From an uncultured Methylococcaceae bacterium (GTDB lineage Bacteria > Pseudomonadota > Gammaproteobacteria > Methylococcales > UBA1147), in contig CAZVFR010000002.1 of assembly GCA_964626505.1 (NCBI GenBank), positions 1 through 33,820 of the forward strand: 33,820 bases of DNA. The letters are read 5' to 3'. Numbering within the stretch: the stretch's first letter is position 1; the number at the start of each line of letters is the position of its first letter. Under the pieces are notes generated by a model that did not search any database, was not told the origin of the DNA, and was given only the letters and a program-made list of their open reading frames with translations. Shown one piece after another: positions 7,615 through 16,493 of this stretch. The position numbers and the translations under genes are program-made.

Positions 7615-9006
7615 TTAGAAAATATATCCGATACCGAGATTAAATTCATCAGGTACGGAACCTTGTTTAGCGCTAAAGTTGCGATAGTCGGCTTTTATAA
7701 CAACGTTGGGAATAGGTTTATATTCCAGGCCAAACTGAAAAATCTCTCGGTCCAGATTCGGGACGTCGGCAAACCCGGTCGGTACGCTAGCAACCGGATC
7801 CAGTTGTTCGTAGCGGAAAAATGGCGCCAGGTAATGCGTCGTATCCGATAAGAACAGCGGCAGTATATTATAGCCAATTTCGGTATACCAGCCGTAGTTC
7901 GACTTGCCGATTGTCTGGCCGTTGGCGGCGCTTAGCGTTCCGGCATCATCAATGTGTCCCCAAGCGCCAAGCGCGCGGAATTTTAGCCCGCGGTATTTCC
8001 ATTGCACGTGTGCTTCATACAACTGCGTGAATACATCGATTTGACTGCCCGCAAAACGCTGATCTTGCCCCGAATTTCCCAAGTAGGCGGAACCTCCCAC
8101 CAGCAAGCCCGGTAGTGATGGTGGCGTATAGTCCATACGCGTCACCCAAGCTAAATTTTCCGCCCTGACCCTGCTGCCGCTTTGGCGGCCGCCACGTATA
8201 CCAGCAGATGTAAACCCACTGGCATCCAACCCGTTGATTCCGTATGTCGTGTAGGTAAGTCCGGGTAGTAGTTCACCGAATAATCCGGCACCGAGTTCAC
8301 GCCATGTCGATGGGATAATGCGCCTTTCGACTTCGGGTCGTTGGTTACCGTAGAAGAATAGCGGCTCGTGTATCAAGTTAATAAACCCCATCGGTACTAG
8401 CACCAGGCCGGTGCGGACATTGGCGAGTGGGTCCATCAAAAAATCGAGTGTAGCGAACTCCACTGAAACTGATCCAGTTTCACCCGTTGACGCGTGTTCG
8501 AATTCAAGCTCCGTATTTAAGATTATGTTGTCGTTGAATTTGTAGCCGAAATAAAACACCGCACGCAAGAAATCAGCGTTATCGCCGGTCGTACCTTTGT
8601 CACTAACGATATTTTGGTATGACGCCTCGCCGTAGCCGCCGATGGATAGCCCTTGATCGATTTGATAGACTTTAGAGGCCGCCGGGCCCAATCCGTAGAT
8701 ACTCTTCAGTTCTTTTTCTTCGGGGATAACCAGCGCGGTACGAAGCTTCTCGACTTCCTGGCTAAGGATATCCGTCTTGCGGGCAACCTCTTTAACCGCG
8801 TCATTATCGGGCGACGATTGATTGGCTTGTTCGGCGGCGGAACGTTCTTCTTTCGTTGCCAGCGTTTTGTTTAGCGTGTCAATTTGATTCTGCTGGGTTT
8901 GAATGATTTTCCAAAGGTCCTCGACTGTCTTGGGTCGTTCGACAGCGCTCGCTGCCGTAGCGACTGCTAATGCTATAGAAAATATCCCCCATTTTAGTAA
9001 CTTCAT
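7615..9006 (-). CDS. Outer-membrane porin-like beta-barrel with an N-terminal coiled-coil extension
   Basis: 463 aa. Signal peptide ...AVATAASA. The first ~70 mature residues are charged and heptad-like (DLWKIIQTQQNQIDTLNKTL...EVEKLRTAL). An amphipathic beta-strand pattern follows, with a C-terminal ...NLGIGYIF. Confidence 0.7.
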   Translation of the reverse strand: MKLLKWGIFSIALAVATAASAVERPKTVEDLWKIIQTQQNQIDTLNKTLATKEERSAAEQANQSSPDNDAVKEVARKTDILSQEVEKLRTALVIPEEKELKSIYGLGPAASKVYQIDQGLSIGGYGEASYQNIVSDKGTTGDNADFLRAVFYFGYKFNDNIILNTELEFEHASTGETGSVSVEFATLDFLMDPLANVRTGLVLVPMGFINLIHEPLFFYGNQRPEVERRIIPSTWRELGAGLFGELLPGLTYTTYGINGLDASGFTSAGIRGGRQSGSRVRAENLAWVTRMDYTPPSLPGLLVGGSAYLGNSGQDQRFAGSQIDVFTQLYEAHVQWKYRGLKFRALGAWGHIDDAGTLSAANGQTIGKSNYGWYTEIGYNILPLFLSDTTHYLAPFFRYEQLDPVASVPTGFADVPNLDREIFQFGLEYKPIPNVVIKADYRNFSAKQGSVPDEFNLGIGYIF

Positions 9007-9267
9007 CCTGTGCTCCTCGTGATAATTAGGGCGGTCTGAGTTTAAACGTAACTTCAGTGCAAATAATAATAGTATATTTCGGAGTCGTAATGCAAATGAT
9101 TCTTATTACTGTTATTTAAAATATTGCTGGTGTTGCCCACGGATTGTTTTTCGAACACTGACTGTTTTTATCCGATTGTTTCAGCTTTCCTGTTCGTCTG
9201 TTTGCACGGGGCGAATGGTGCTGAGATTTGTTTTTACAATAGGATTCTTAGCCGAGCGGAATACGGT

Positions 9268-9289
9268 TTATCTTTCCAAGGAAAGATAA
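9268..9289. promoter_or_regulatory. 22-bp palindrome TTATCTTTCC-AA-GGAAAGATAA in the divergent porin/porin intergenic region
   Basis: Read directly: 10+10 bp perfect dyad with a 2-bp centre. It is about 180 bp upstream of the OprO/P-like gene and about 265 bp upstream of the minus-strand porin gene. Confidence 0.4.
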
Positions 9290-9367
9290 CTTTGTTGTGA
9301 GAATGAAGATCAAGCGAGGATTTGTTATTCTGGTGAGAAGTCTGGGTTAGGCATCAACGCAATCGGA

Positions 9368-9408
9368 TTGTCATATAATCGTCATATTTATGTAAAGCTA
9401 CTGTCATG
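9368..9408 (+). promoter_or_regulatory. Tandem Pho boxes (PhoB-binding direct repeats in 11-bp phase)
   Basis: TTGTCATATAATCGTCATATTTATGTAAAGCTACTGTCATG. The 7-mers TGTCATA (9369), CGTCATA (9380), TGTAAAG (9391) and TGTCATG (9402) are spaced exactly 11 bp apart on the sense strand. Compare the consensus CTGTCAT-N4-CTGTCAT. They end about 60 bp before the porin start codon. Confidence 0.7.
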
Positions 9409-9468
9409 TACCGTAGTCAGAATTTACACTGCTTTAGTTTTTGACTAAAAGGGGAGAGGGCTGTTTTG

Positions 9469-10887
9469 ATGCAACATAAAATGTTGAGGCTGGGTGCAAT
9501 AGGGGTATTTGCGCTAGGGATTGGTCTATGCGGCATACCCGCTACCACCATGGCCACATCGCTGGAAGAGTTATTAATAAAAAAGGGGATTATCACCAAG
9601 GAAGAATTACAGCAGATAAAGGCTGAAGAAGTCGCTGAGAATGCCAAAAAAGAACACAGGATCCAAGCCGAGATAGAAGAAAAGGTAGACGTCAAGGTGG
9701 CCGAAAAATTGGAATCGGATTTTCCCGTTAAGGCAAGTTGGGGCAAAAAAGGATTTCGCCTGGAAACCCGCGATGGGAATTGGGCAACCAATCTGCAGTG
9801 GCGGGCGCAAATGCGCTATACCTATCCGTATAATTCTGACCCACGTCAACTGTCGAATTTTAATGCGCTAGAGGAAAGTAGTTTCGATTTGCGACGGGTT
9901 CGTATGAAAATTGGGGGCCATGGGTATAGACCTTGGATTAAGTACTATTTCGAGATCGATCTTCAACCCGGCCGCAATGCTGACGAAAGCTCGTCGAATT
10001 CAAGTACTCGTTTATTCGACTGGCGAATTACACTGGATAAATATAAATGGGCGGCTCTACGTGTAGGGCAATGGAAGATCGACTACAACCGAGAACGTGT
10101 TGATTCGTCAGGCAAGCAACAGTTCGTCGAACGCTCAATCGTAAACCGCCAATTTACTGTCGACCGGCAAATAGGTGCGATGCTAATGGGACATTTGTTG
10201 CCGGGAACCTATGCCGATTCGAGATACTACGTAGGCGTATTCAACGGTGAAGGCCGCGGCGTGCTCAATGAATCCGACGATATGATGTACATGGGGCGCT
10301 TGCAGTGGAATTTTCTGCGCCGTGATCTGAAATGGACTCAATCTGATCTGAAATACCATGAAAAACCCGCAGGCAGTTTGGCATTTGCTGCGGCGACCAC
10401 TACCGGTCCGTGTACACGCTGGTCTTCCAGTGGCTGTGGAAATCTGGACGGCTTTGCCAGCCCGGTTTTAGCCGCACCCAGACAGTTCCAAGTTCAGCAG
10501 ATGATGCAGGAAGCGGCATTTAAGTGGCGCGGATTTTCTCTGCAACAAGAATTCCACTGGAAAACGGTCCAAGACCGGGTTAATAACACCCGAAGTCATC
10601 TGACTGGTGCTTACGCTCAAGCGGGATATTTTTTCCATTACTTGATCCCATTTATACCGGAACCAATGGAAATCGCGTTTAGGTATGCGTTTGTCGATGA
10701 GCCGAATCGGTCTAATATAATGTTTACTAATTCGCGGGAGGAATATACCACGGCATTGAACTGGTTTTTCGCCGGTCATCGCAATAAGCTAACCTTGGAT
10801 TTTTCTTATCTTACTCTGAAAGATCGCTTTGTTAATCAGCGTATTAGTGATGAGAGGATTCGCTTCCAATGGGACGTATCGTTCTAA
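9469..10887 (+). CDS. OprO/OprP-family phosphate-selective porin
   Basis: The track starts at TTG 9466; ATG 9469 follows the RBS AAAGGGGAGAGGG. Signal peptide ends ...IPATTMA. A short coiled-coil segment is present (LEELLIKKGIITKEELQQIKAEE). The core block LRVGQWKIDYNRERVDSSGKQQFVERSIVNRQF is typical of the Porin_O_P family. C-terminal ...RFQWDVSF. Confidence 0.8.
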   Translation: MQHKMLRLGAIGVFALGIGLCGIPATTMATSLEELLIKKGIITKEELQQIKAEEVAENAKKEHRIQAEIEEKVDVKVAEKLESDFPVKASWGKKGFRLETRDGNWATNLQWRAQMRYTYPYNSDPRQLSNFNALEESSFDLRRVRMKIGGHGYRPWIKYYFEIDLQPGRNADESSSNSSTRLFDWRITLDKYKWAALRVGQWKIDYNRERVDSSGKQQFVERSIVNRQFTVDRQIGAMLMGHLLPGTYADSRYYVGVFNGEGRGVLNESDDMMYMGRLQWNFLRRDLKWTQSDLKYHEKPAGSLAFAAATTTGPCTRWSSSGCGNLDGFASPVLAAPRQFQVQQMMQEAAFKWRGFSLQQEFHWKTVQDRVNNTRSHLTGAYAQAGYFFHYLIPFIPEPMEIAFRYAFVDEPNRSNIMFTNSREEYTTALNWFFAGHRNKLTLDFSYLTLKDRFVNQRISDERIRFQWDVSF

Positions 10888-10968
10888 GTAAGCTAGGAAA
10901 ACCGATATAAATATTTGCAACAGTTTTCTTCTTGTGGAACAACATTGAAATTTTTTCTACGTTCGGCA

Positions 10969-11631
10969 ATGGCTGGACCAGGCTTCTTTTTTTGTATCTT
11001 GGCATTGTTGGCAGCTTGTAGTACCGGCTCGGTATTAACCGCGAAAATCCATGAAAATAAAGAATGGATTGTACGTTTACAGTCGGTATCGGGTGCAAAC
11101 GGAAATAAAGGCTACGCCCATCCGTCCTCCGTAACGCAGCAACAATTGGTTCGGGTTTTGGAAGGTTTATATATAGAGAGCGATTACTTTCCTGTTTCGG
11201 TCTCAGAGAATAACGCACCGAATAGTGCCAACCGCCACCTTGTTTTCAGCAATGTTGACGCTGAGTTGCTGGCTATTTTTCTCGCGGATGGACTCAGTCA
11301 GGCTTCCGCGCAGGAAATAGTCACTTTTGTTAAAACTACCCGCATTTCATCTCGGCAGGAACAGATAACTTCGGGTGGGATTTATGTGGCTGGTGACGAA
11401 TTTCATATCGTGTTGAGCAACTATAGGGTCAAGCAAGCGATATGGCAGGATCTTGATTCTTATGATGCGCCGGTACATCTGCGGCCTATGACTCCCCTAT
11501 CAACCCAGCCGGGTCATTTCGGTTTTGCCCGCCCGAATCTGGTTCGTGACGTACCGCCTTCTGAGTCTGAATTCAAGGGTAAATGGTCCGGCGTTTCCTG
11601 GCATTTGGCAGTGCGTTTTGAGACATTTTAA
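10969..11631 (+). CDS. Lipoprotein of unknown function
   Basis: The track starts at TTG 10915. ATG 10969 gives MAGPGFFFCILALLAAC-STG, a signal peptide with a lipobox (LLAAC). Same strand as the porin and about 80 bp downstream of it. No family recognised. Confidence 0.55.
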   Translation: MAGPGFFFCILALLAACSTGSVLTAKIHENKEWIVRLQSVSGANGNKGYAHPSSVTQQQLVRVLEGLYIESDYFPVSVSENNAPNSANRHLVFSNVDAELLAIFLADGLSQASAQEIVTFVKTTRISSRQEQITSGGIYVAGDEFHIVLSNYRVKQAIWQDLDSYDAPVHLRPMTPLSTQPGHFGFARPNLVRDVPPSESEFKGKWSGVSWHLAVRFETF

Positions 11632-11677
11632 ATCTGTGGCGCCGAATCAAGTTTGACCACAGAGTGCTGAGTTCGGT

Positions 11678-12292
11678 TTAGCGCTCGGCCACCCCAACCC
11701 CTTTGGTCCGGCTTGCATAGAATGCAGCAATATTTTCGATGTCTTCGTCGGTTAAGGCGCCCACCATGGCATTCATCATAGGATCAGTCCGATTCTGATT
11801 TCTATAGTCCTGCATAACCTTGATCAGATAACTTTCGTATTGTGCTGATAATTTTGGATAGTTGCCGTCCGAGCTATTACCGCCTTCACCATGGCAGCCC
11901 GCACAACTTGCGGCTTTTTCTTCACCTAGTTTGATGTCACCCGATACTTCAGTTTCGTTGTCAGCCAGCTCGAATGAGGCTAGATAGGCCGCGATGTCTT
12001 CCATATCCTGTGGGCTTAATCCTGCCGCATTGCCTTGCATGCTTGGGTGAGATCTGTCGCTATTAGAATACGCCTTCAATGCAGATAACGTGTAGGCTGC
12101 ATGTTGACCGCCGAGTTTGGGGACGTTGTAGCGCGGATAAACATTCGAGTAACCCGGCTTGGAATGGCACCCAGCACAGGTTTCGAATTTTATTCGACCG
12201 GCCTTTTCATCGCCGCCCGCCAGCGATTGAGTTGCGGAAAACGCCAATATTGCAAATGCGAGACAATAATGACTTGCTCGTATCAATTTCAT
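11678..12292 (-). CDS. Dihaem cytochrome c4
   Basis: 204 aa with signal peptide ...AFSATQSLAGG. Two CxxCH sites (CAGCHS, CAGCHG), each followed by a Met-containing distal-ligand segment (HPSMQGN, DPMMNAM). This is the two-domain c4 architecture. Confidence 0.85.
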   Translation of the reverse strand: MKLIRASHYCLAFAILAFSATQSLAGGDEKAGRIKFETCAGCHSKPGYSNVYPRYNVPKLGGQHAAYTLSALKAYSNSDRSHPSMQGNAAGLSPQDMEDIAAYLASFELADNETEVSGDIKLGEEKAASCAGCHGEGGNSSDGNYPKLSAQYESYLIKVMQDYRNQNRTDPMMNAMVGALTDEDIENIAAFYASRTKGVGVAER

Positions 12293-12536
12293 GTGACTAA
12301 CTCCGATGCAGTTAAATTTGTTGGTCCAGGTCGAATTACTATTTTAGGTGTGAGGCGAAGCACTGGGTGTTTCGTATCTTAGGCGTATGAAGATACAAGT
12401 GTTAGATCGTTTAAGATGGAACGAAAGCCTGTTACGGTCTATTCGCGATACTTGCTGTTTTTTTCTGATAATAGTTGTTGAAAGCGGTTTTGTCTCAAAT
12501 CTAAGTCTGTAATTGATTGCAGCGAATGCTACAAGC

Positions 12537-12986
12537 CTAGTCTTCTTTCTTATATTCTCCGTTTATAGTATCGCCTTTTTTGTAGCTTGTTTCGTTTGCC
12601 GACAGGTTGACATTCAACCCCGCACGGAGCAGTTGATTTTGAAGTAAATACGATACAAACCATTCACGTGAACTAGGTATCAGACAGAAAAAACCCAATG
12701 CGTCGGTAAAAAACCCGGGCGTTAACAGCAAGGCTCCTCCAACCAGCAACAATGGCCCTTCGATCATTTCTTTTGCGGGCAATTCACCTCGAGCCAGGCT
12801 GGCCTGCAGCCGTTGCATGGTTGCAAACCCTTGTCTCCGCAGCATTATTGCGCCCAACATTGCCGTACCTACGACAAGCACTACGGTCGGAAAAACTCCG
12901 ACGATCCCACCGATTTTGAGAAGTAGGTAAATTTCTAATATGGGTACACATAAAAAAAAGATGAATAATATTCGAAATATAGACAT
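12537..12986 (-). CDS. fxsA: FxsA-family cytoplasmic membrane protein
   Basis: 149 aa. N-terminus FIFFLCVPILEIYLLLKIGGIVGVFPTVVLVVGTAMLGAIMLRRQG, then LLLTPGFFTDALGFFCLIP. Both are characteristic FxsA blocks. Confidence 0.8.
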   Translation of the reverse strand: MSIFRILFIFFLCVPILEIYLLLKIGGIVGVFPTVVLVVGTAMLGAIMLRRQGFATMQRLQASLARGELPAKEMIEGPLLLVGGALLLTPGFFTDALGFFCLIPSSREWFVSYLLQNQLLRAGLNVNLSANETSYKKGDTINGEYKKED

Positions 12987-13256
12987 AAGATACCTTTAAG
13001 TTTTCGTTGTTGCGTTGAGTAATCGAGTTCGAACGGACGTAGACGTATAATTCTCACGATGATCCCAACAAGATGCTATTATGCGGCACGATTTTTTTGG
13101 ATCGACCGTGCATTTGGGTTGCATAAAATATTTGCTCCATATCCGGTTTGCTCTTTGCTTAAAGCGATGACCCTCTATTGCAATACCTGATTTTGGTTTG
13201 CTGCTGCGCGCGTTTTTCGCGCTAACTTCCGATCTGGACCACTACCCGTTTTTAAA

Positions 13257-13586
13257 ATGGCCGAACAATTTTCTGTTATTTTTTGTACCTGCCCAGATAA
13301 ATCGATTGCCAATACGCTTGCAAAAGGGCTAGTGTCAGGCCAATTGGCCGCCTGCGTCAACATCTTGCCCGGTATAACCTCGATTTATACTTGGCAAGGT
13401 GAGCTGGAAAGTGCCACGGAATGTATGTTGGTGATCAAAACCAGCGATGAATTATATCCGGCACTAGAACATTACATCACCACGAATCACCCTTATGAAC
13501 TTCCCGAAATTATTGCTGTCCCTATACGACACGGTGAATCGGGGTATCTTAATTGGATCAGCGAATGCTTGGGCTCAAAAAATTGA
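13257..13586 (+). CDS. cutA: Divalent-cation tolerance protein CutA
   Basis: 109 aa with CutA1-like blocks: VIFCTCPD, LAACVNILPGITSIYTWQGE, HPYELPEIIAVPI. Sits immediately upstream of dsbD, as in many proteobacteria. Confidence 0.85.
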   Translation: MAEQFSVIFCTCPDKSIANTLAKGLVSGQLAACVNILPGITSIYTWQGELESATECMLVIKTSDELYPALEHYITTNHPYELPEIIAVPIRHGESGYLNWISECLGSKN

Positions 13587-15811
13587 TAGCGTGGTTAATT
13601 CTGGTGTTTGTAGGTTATTCGGCTGCATTTGCCCAAAGTGGGCCGGAGTTGTTGCCGCCCGACCGGGCTTTCGCACTCTCTTCCAAATCAATAAGCCGAG
13701 ACTCGGTAACGCTGTCTTGGGTGATAGCCGAGGGGTATTACCTTTATCGAGATAAATTTAAATTCAGCACCTTAACGCCTGACATAACACTTGGCGAGCC
13801 GGTTGTGCCAACCGGTAAAACCCAGCACGATGATTATTTTGGTGATGTCGAAATATTGCGAGGTGATATCCTCGTTACCTTGCCAATAAAAAGGGCGAAT
13901 GGACAATCGCAGCCAGTGTTGTTGGATGTGAGTTACCAGGGTTGTGCGGATATTGGGGTATGTTATCCCCCGGAAAAGAAGACTTTAACATTGCAGTTGC
14001 CGGTGTTATTCGATGCTGTTTCCGCAAATCCGACCCAACCCACCGCAAAAATTTACAATCCATTTACTGAATTCGGACTGACCCAGGTTCAGGATGAGTT
14101 GTTACCCCCGGATCAGGCGTTCCGGTTTTTTGCCGACGTGAGTGATGGCAACACGTTGCGAGTAAGTTGGCAGATCGCGGATGGTTATTATTTATACCGC
14201 GAAAAGTTTGCGTTTTCATTGCTGGAAGCGACCGGAATCCGCCTCGGTGAGCTGAACATTCCCCGAGGTGAGCCCACGCATGACGAAGCATTTGGCCAAG
14301 TCGAAATATTTCACCAAACGATAGAATTTGATTTACCTTTGCTACGCAGTAACCTGGATCCGATTAGCATAAAACTGCGTGCAAATTATCAGGGTTGTGC
14401 TGACCGGGGTGTCTGTTACCCGCCGATACAAAAAACTGTGGATTTGGAGTTACCCGCGGGAGCTGTTGCAGGCACCGTGTCGTCCAAACCCAGCGAGCCG
14501 CTATCCGAGCAAGGCCGAATCGCCAGTGCTTTACAGCATGACGCGCTTTGGTTGACGGCAATCAGCTTTTTCGGATTTGGCCTCGTATTGGCTTTCACGC
14601 CGTGTGTGTTGCCGATGATTCCTATTTTGTCGGGCTTGATTATCGGGCACGGGGAAAAGATGACCACACGCCGGGCGTTTTTCCTGTCGCTGAGTTATGT
14701 GTTGGCGTCGGCGCTTATGTATACGGTATTCGGTGTGTTAGCCGGTGTGTTTGGTAGCAACCTGCAAGTGCTTTTCCAGTCACCGTGGATTATCGTGTCG
14801 TTTAGTGCGGTGTTCGTGTTACTGGCCTTGTCGATGTTTGATTTTTATACTCTGCAAATGCCCGTGGCGATTCAGAGTCGGCTTGTTGCGTTGGAAAATC
14901 GACAACATGGTGGATCCTTGATCGGTGCGTTCATCATGGGTGCCTTATCCGCGCTTATCGTTGGTCCTTGCGTTGCCGCTCCGTTGGCGGGTGCTTTAAT
15001 TTATATCGGTCAGACCGGTGATGCCGTGCTGGGTGGGTTGGCTTTGTTTGCGATGGGGATGGGGATGGGATTTCCTTTGTTGCTTTTGGGTGCGTCGGCC
15101 GGGAAGCTGTTACCCAAAGCGGGTGCATGGATGAACGCGACGAAAGCTGTATTCGGCGTAATTCTGCTAGGGGTGGCGGTGTGGTTGCTGGAGCGCATAA
15201 TCCCGGCTAGCGTAACCTTGTTGTTATGGGCAATACTGTTGATTGTGTCGGCAATCTATATGCACGCCGTGGATGCGCTACCGCAAGATTGCTCAGGATG
15301 GCAAAGATTATGGAAAGGCTGTGGCATCATCATGTTGATATACGGGATCACATTGATTGTTGGGGTCACGTCCGGTGGTAGAGATCCTTTTCAACCATTG
15401 GCTCACCTTGCGGGTGGCTCCGGTGTTGCGCATGAGCGAAGCCTGAACTTCCAGGTGGTTAAATCCCTAGCCGATTTCAGCGCCAAGCTTGATCGGGCTA
15501 CTCAAAACGGTCAATGGGTCATGTTGGATTACTACGCCGATTGGTGCATCTCCTGCAAAGAGATGGACCGCTATACCTTCTCCGACGAACGCGTACAGCT
15601 GGCCTTGAGCAATGTCCTTTTGTTACAGGCCGACGTGACGAAGGATAATGCTCAAGACAAAGAACTGCTTGAGGCCTTTGGTTTGATCGGCCCCCCGGCG
15701 ACATTATTTTTTGCGCTGGATAAGCAGGAGCGTCGCGGCTATAGGGTTGTTGGGTATAAAGATGCCGATGAATTTCTACGCCATATAAAACAGATCATAC
15801 CCAATGTTTAA
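13565..15811 (+). CDS. dsbD: Thiol:disulfide interchange protein DsbD with a duplicated N-terminal alpha domain
   Basis: The track starts at 13553. ATG 13565 gives signal peptide MLGLKKLIAWLILVFVGYSAAFAQ. Two alpha-domain copies each end in YQGCAD(I/R)GVCYPP. The membrane beta domain carries TPCVLPMIP and VGPCVAAPL cysteines. The C-terminal thioredoxin domain carries WCISCK. Confidence 0.9.
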   Translation: MLGLKKLIAWLILVFVGYSAAFAQSGPELLPPDRAFALSSKSISRDSVTLSWVIAEGYYLYRDKFKFSTLTPDITLGEPVVPTGKTQHDDYFGDVEILRGDILVTLPIKRANGQSQPVLLDVSYQGCADIGVCYPPEKKTLTLQLPVLFDAVSANPTQPTAKIYNPFTEFGLTQVQDELLPPDQAFRFFADVSDGNTLRVSWQIADGYYLYREKFAFSLLEATGIRLGELNIPRGEPTHDEAFGQVEIFHQTIEFDLPLLRSNLDPISIKLRANYQGCADRGVCYPPIQKTVDLELPAGAVAGTVSSKPSEPLSEQGRIASALQHDALWLTAISFFGFGLVLAFTPCVLPMIPILSGLIIGHGEKMTTRRAFFLSLSYVLASALMYTVFGVLAGVFGSNLQVLFQSPWIIVSFSAVFVLLALSMFDFYTLQMPVAIQSRLVALENRQHGGSLIGAFIMGALSALIVGPCVAAPLAGALIYIGQTGDAVLGGLALFAMGMGMGFPLLLLGASAGKLLPKAGAWMNATKAVFGVILLGVAVWLLERIIPASVTLLLWAILLIVSAIYMHAVDALPQDCSGWQRLWKGCGIIMLIYGITLIVGVTSGGRDPFQPLAHLAGGSGVAHERSLNFQVVKSLADFSAKLDRATQNGQWVMLDYYADWCISCKEMDRYTFSDERVQLALSNVLLLQADVTKDNAQDKELLEAFGLIGPPATLFFALDKQERRGYRVVGYKDADEFLRHIKQIIPNV

Positions 15812-16316
15812 AGCGGTTCTGTTTGTTGTCGTGGGCTTAATAGCAATTTCGGCGGGGATTTTTGCATATCAACAAGTGGAGTTGCCACCGCCTGAGGATC
15901 GCCCACCGCTACCGTCCTTTTTACTGCCGGATACGCAAGGCATTGAGCACGCGGTAGAAACCTGGAAAGACAAAGTGTTGGTGATCAATTTTTGGGCGAC
16001 TTGGTGTCCGCCTTGTCGGGAAGAAATTCCGGCTTTCATGGAAATGCAAACCGAGCTTGGCCCCAAAGGTTTGCAGTTTATCGGCATAGCGATCGAAGAG
16101 GCTGAACCGGTGATAGGCTTTCTGCAAGAAGTAGCCGTGAATTATCCGATACTTATCGCCGGGAACGATGGTTTTCAATTGGCGGCAAAAATGGGCAATA
16201 CTCTGAGCGTCGTTCCATTCTCCGTAGTTGTTGATCGCTCAGGGCGAATCGTGCACACACAGCCAGGTGTGTTTCAACCCAGTCGAATTCGAAAGTGGGT
16301 ATTGCCGTTGCTTTGA
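15804..16316 (+). CDS. TlpA/ResA/DsbE-like membrane-anchored thioredoxin-fold oxidoreductase
   Basis: 170 aa. N-terminal anchor AVLFVVVGLIAISAGIFAY. Active site FWATWCPPCREE. The start overlaps the dsbD stop by 8 nt (ATGTTTAA). Confidence 0.8.
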   Translation: MFKAVLFVVVGLIAISAGIFAYQQVELPPPEDRPPLPSFLLPDTQGIEHAVETWKDKVLVINFWATWCPPCREEIPAFMEMQTELGPKGLQFIGIAIEEAEPVIGFLQEVAVNYPILIAGNDGFQLAAKMGNTLSVVPFSVVVDRSGRIVHTQPGVFQPSRIRKWVLPLL

Positions 16317-16493
16317 AGTCGTTAAGTTAATCTTGCAGGACTACAGATCAAAACCTTATAACTGCCGGTATCGTGCCGCGATCGTTAACGATCTAACAAG
16401 ATTATGGACAAACTAGCAGCGATCGCAGAGAATAGTGTGCTTATAGAGTCGCATTCGATTAGATGAACTGATAGTTTGATTGGCATTATCCGG

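Noticed and set aside
9417-9791. 124-aa minus-strand ORF, and 10844-11218 (124 aa)
   Set aside because: They are antisense to the OprO/P porin start and to the porin/lipoprotein junction. They are Ser/Phe-rich shadow frames.
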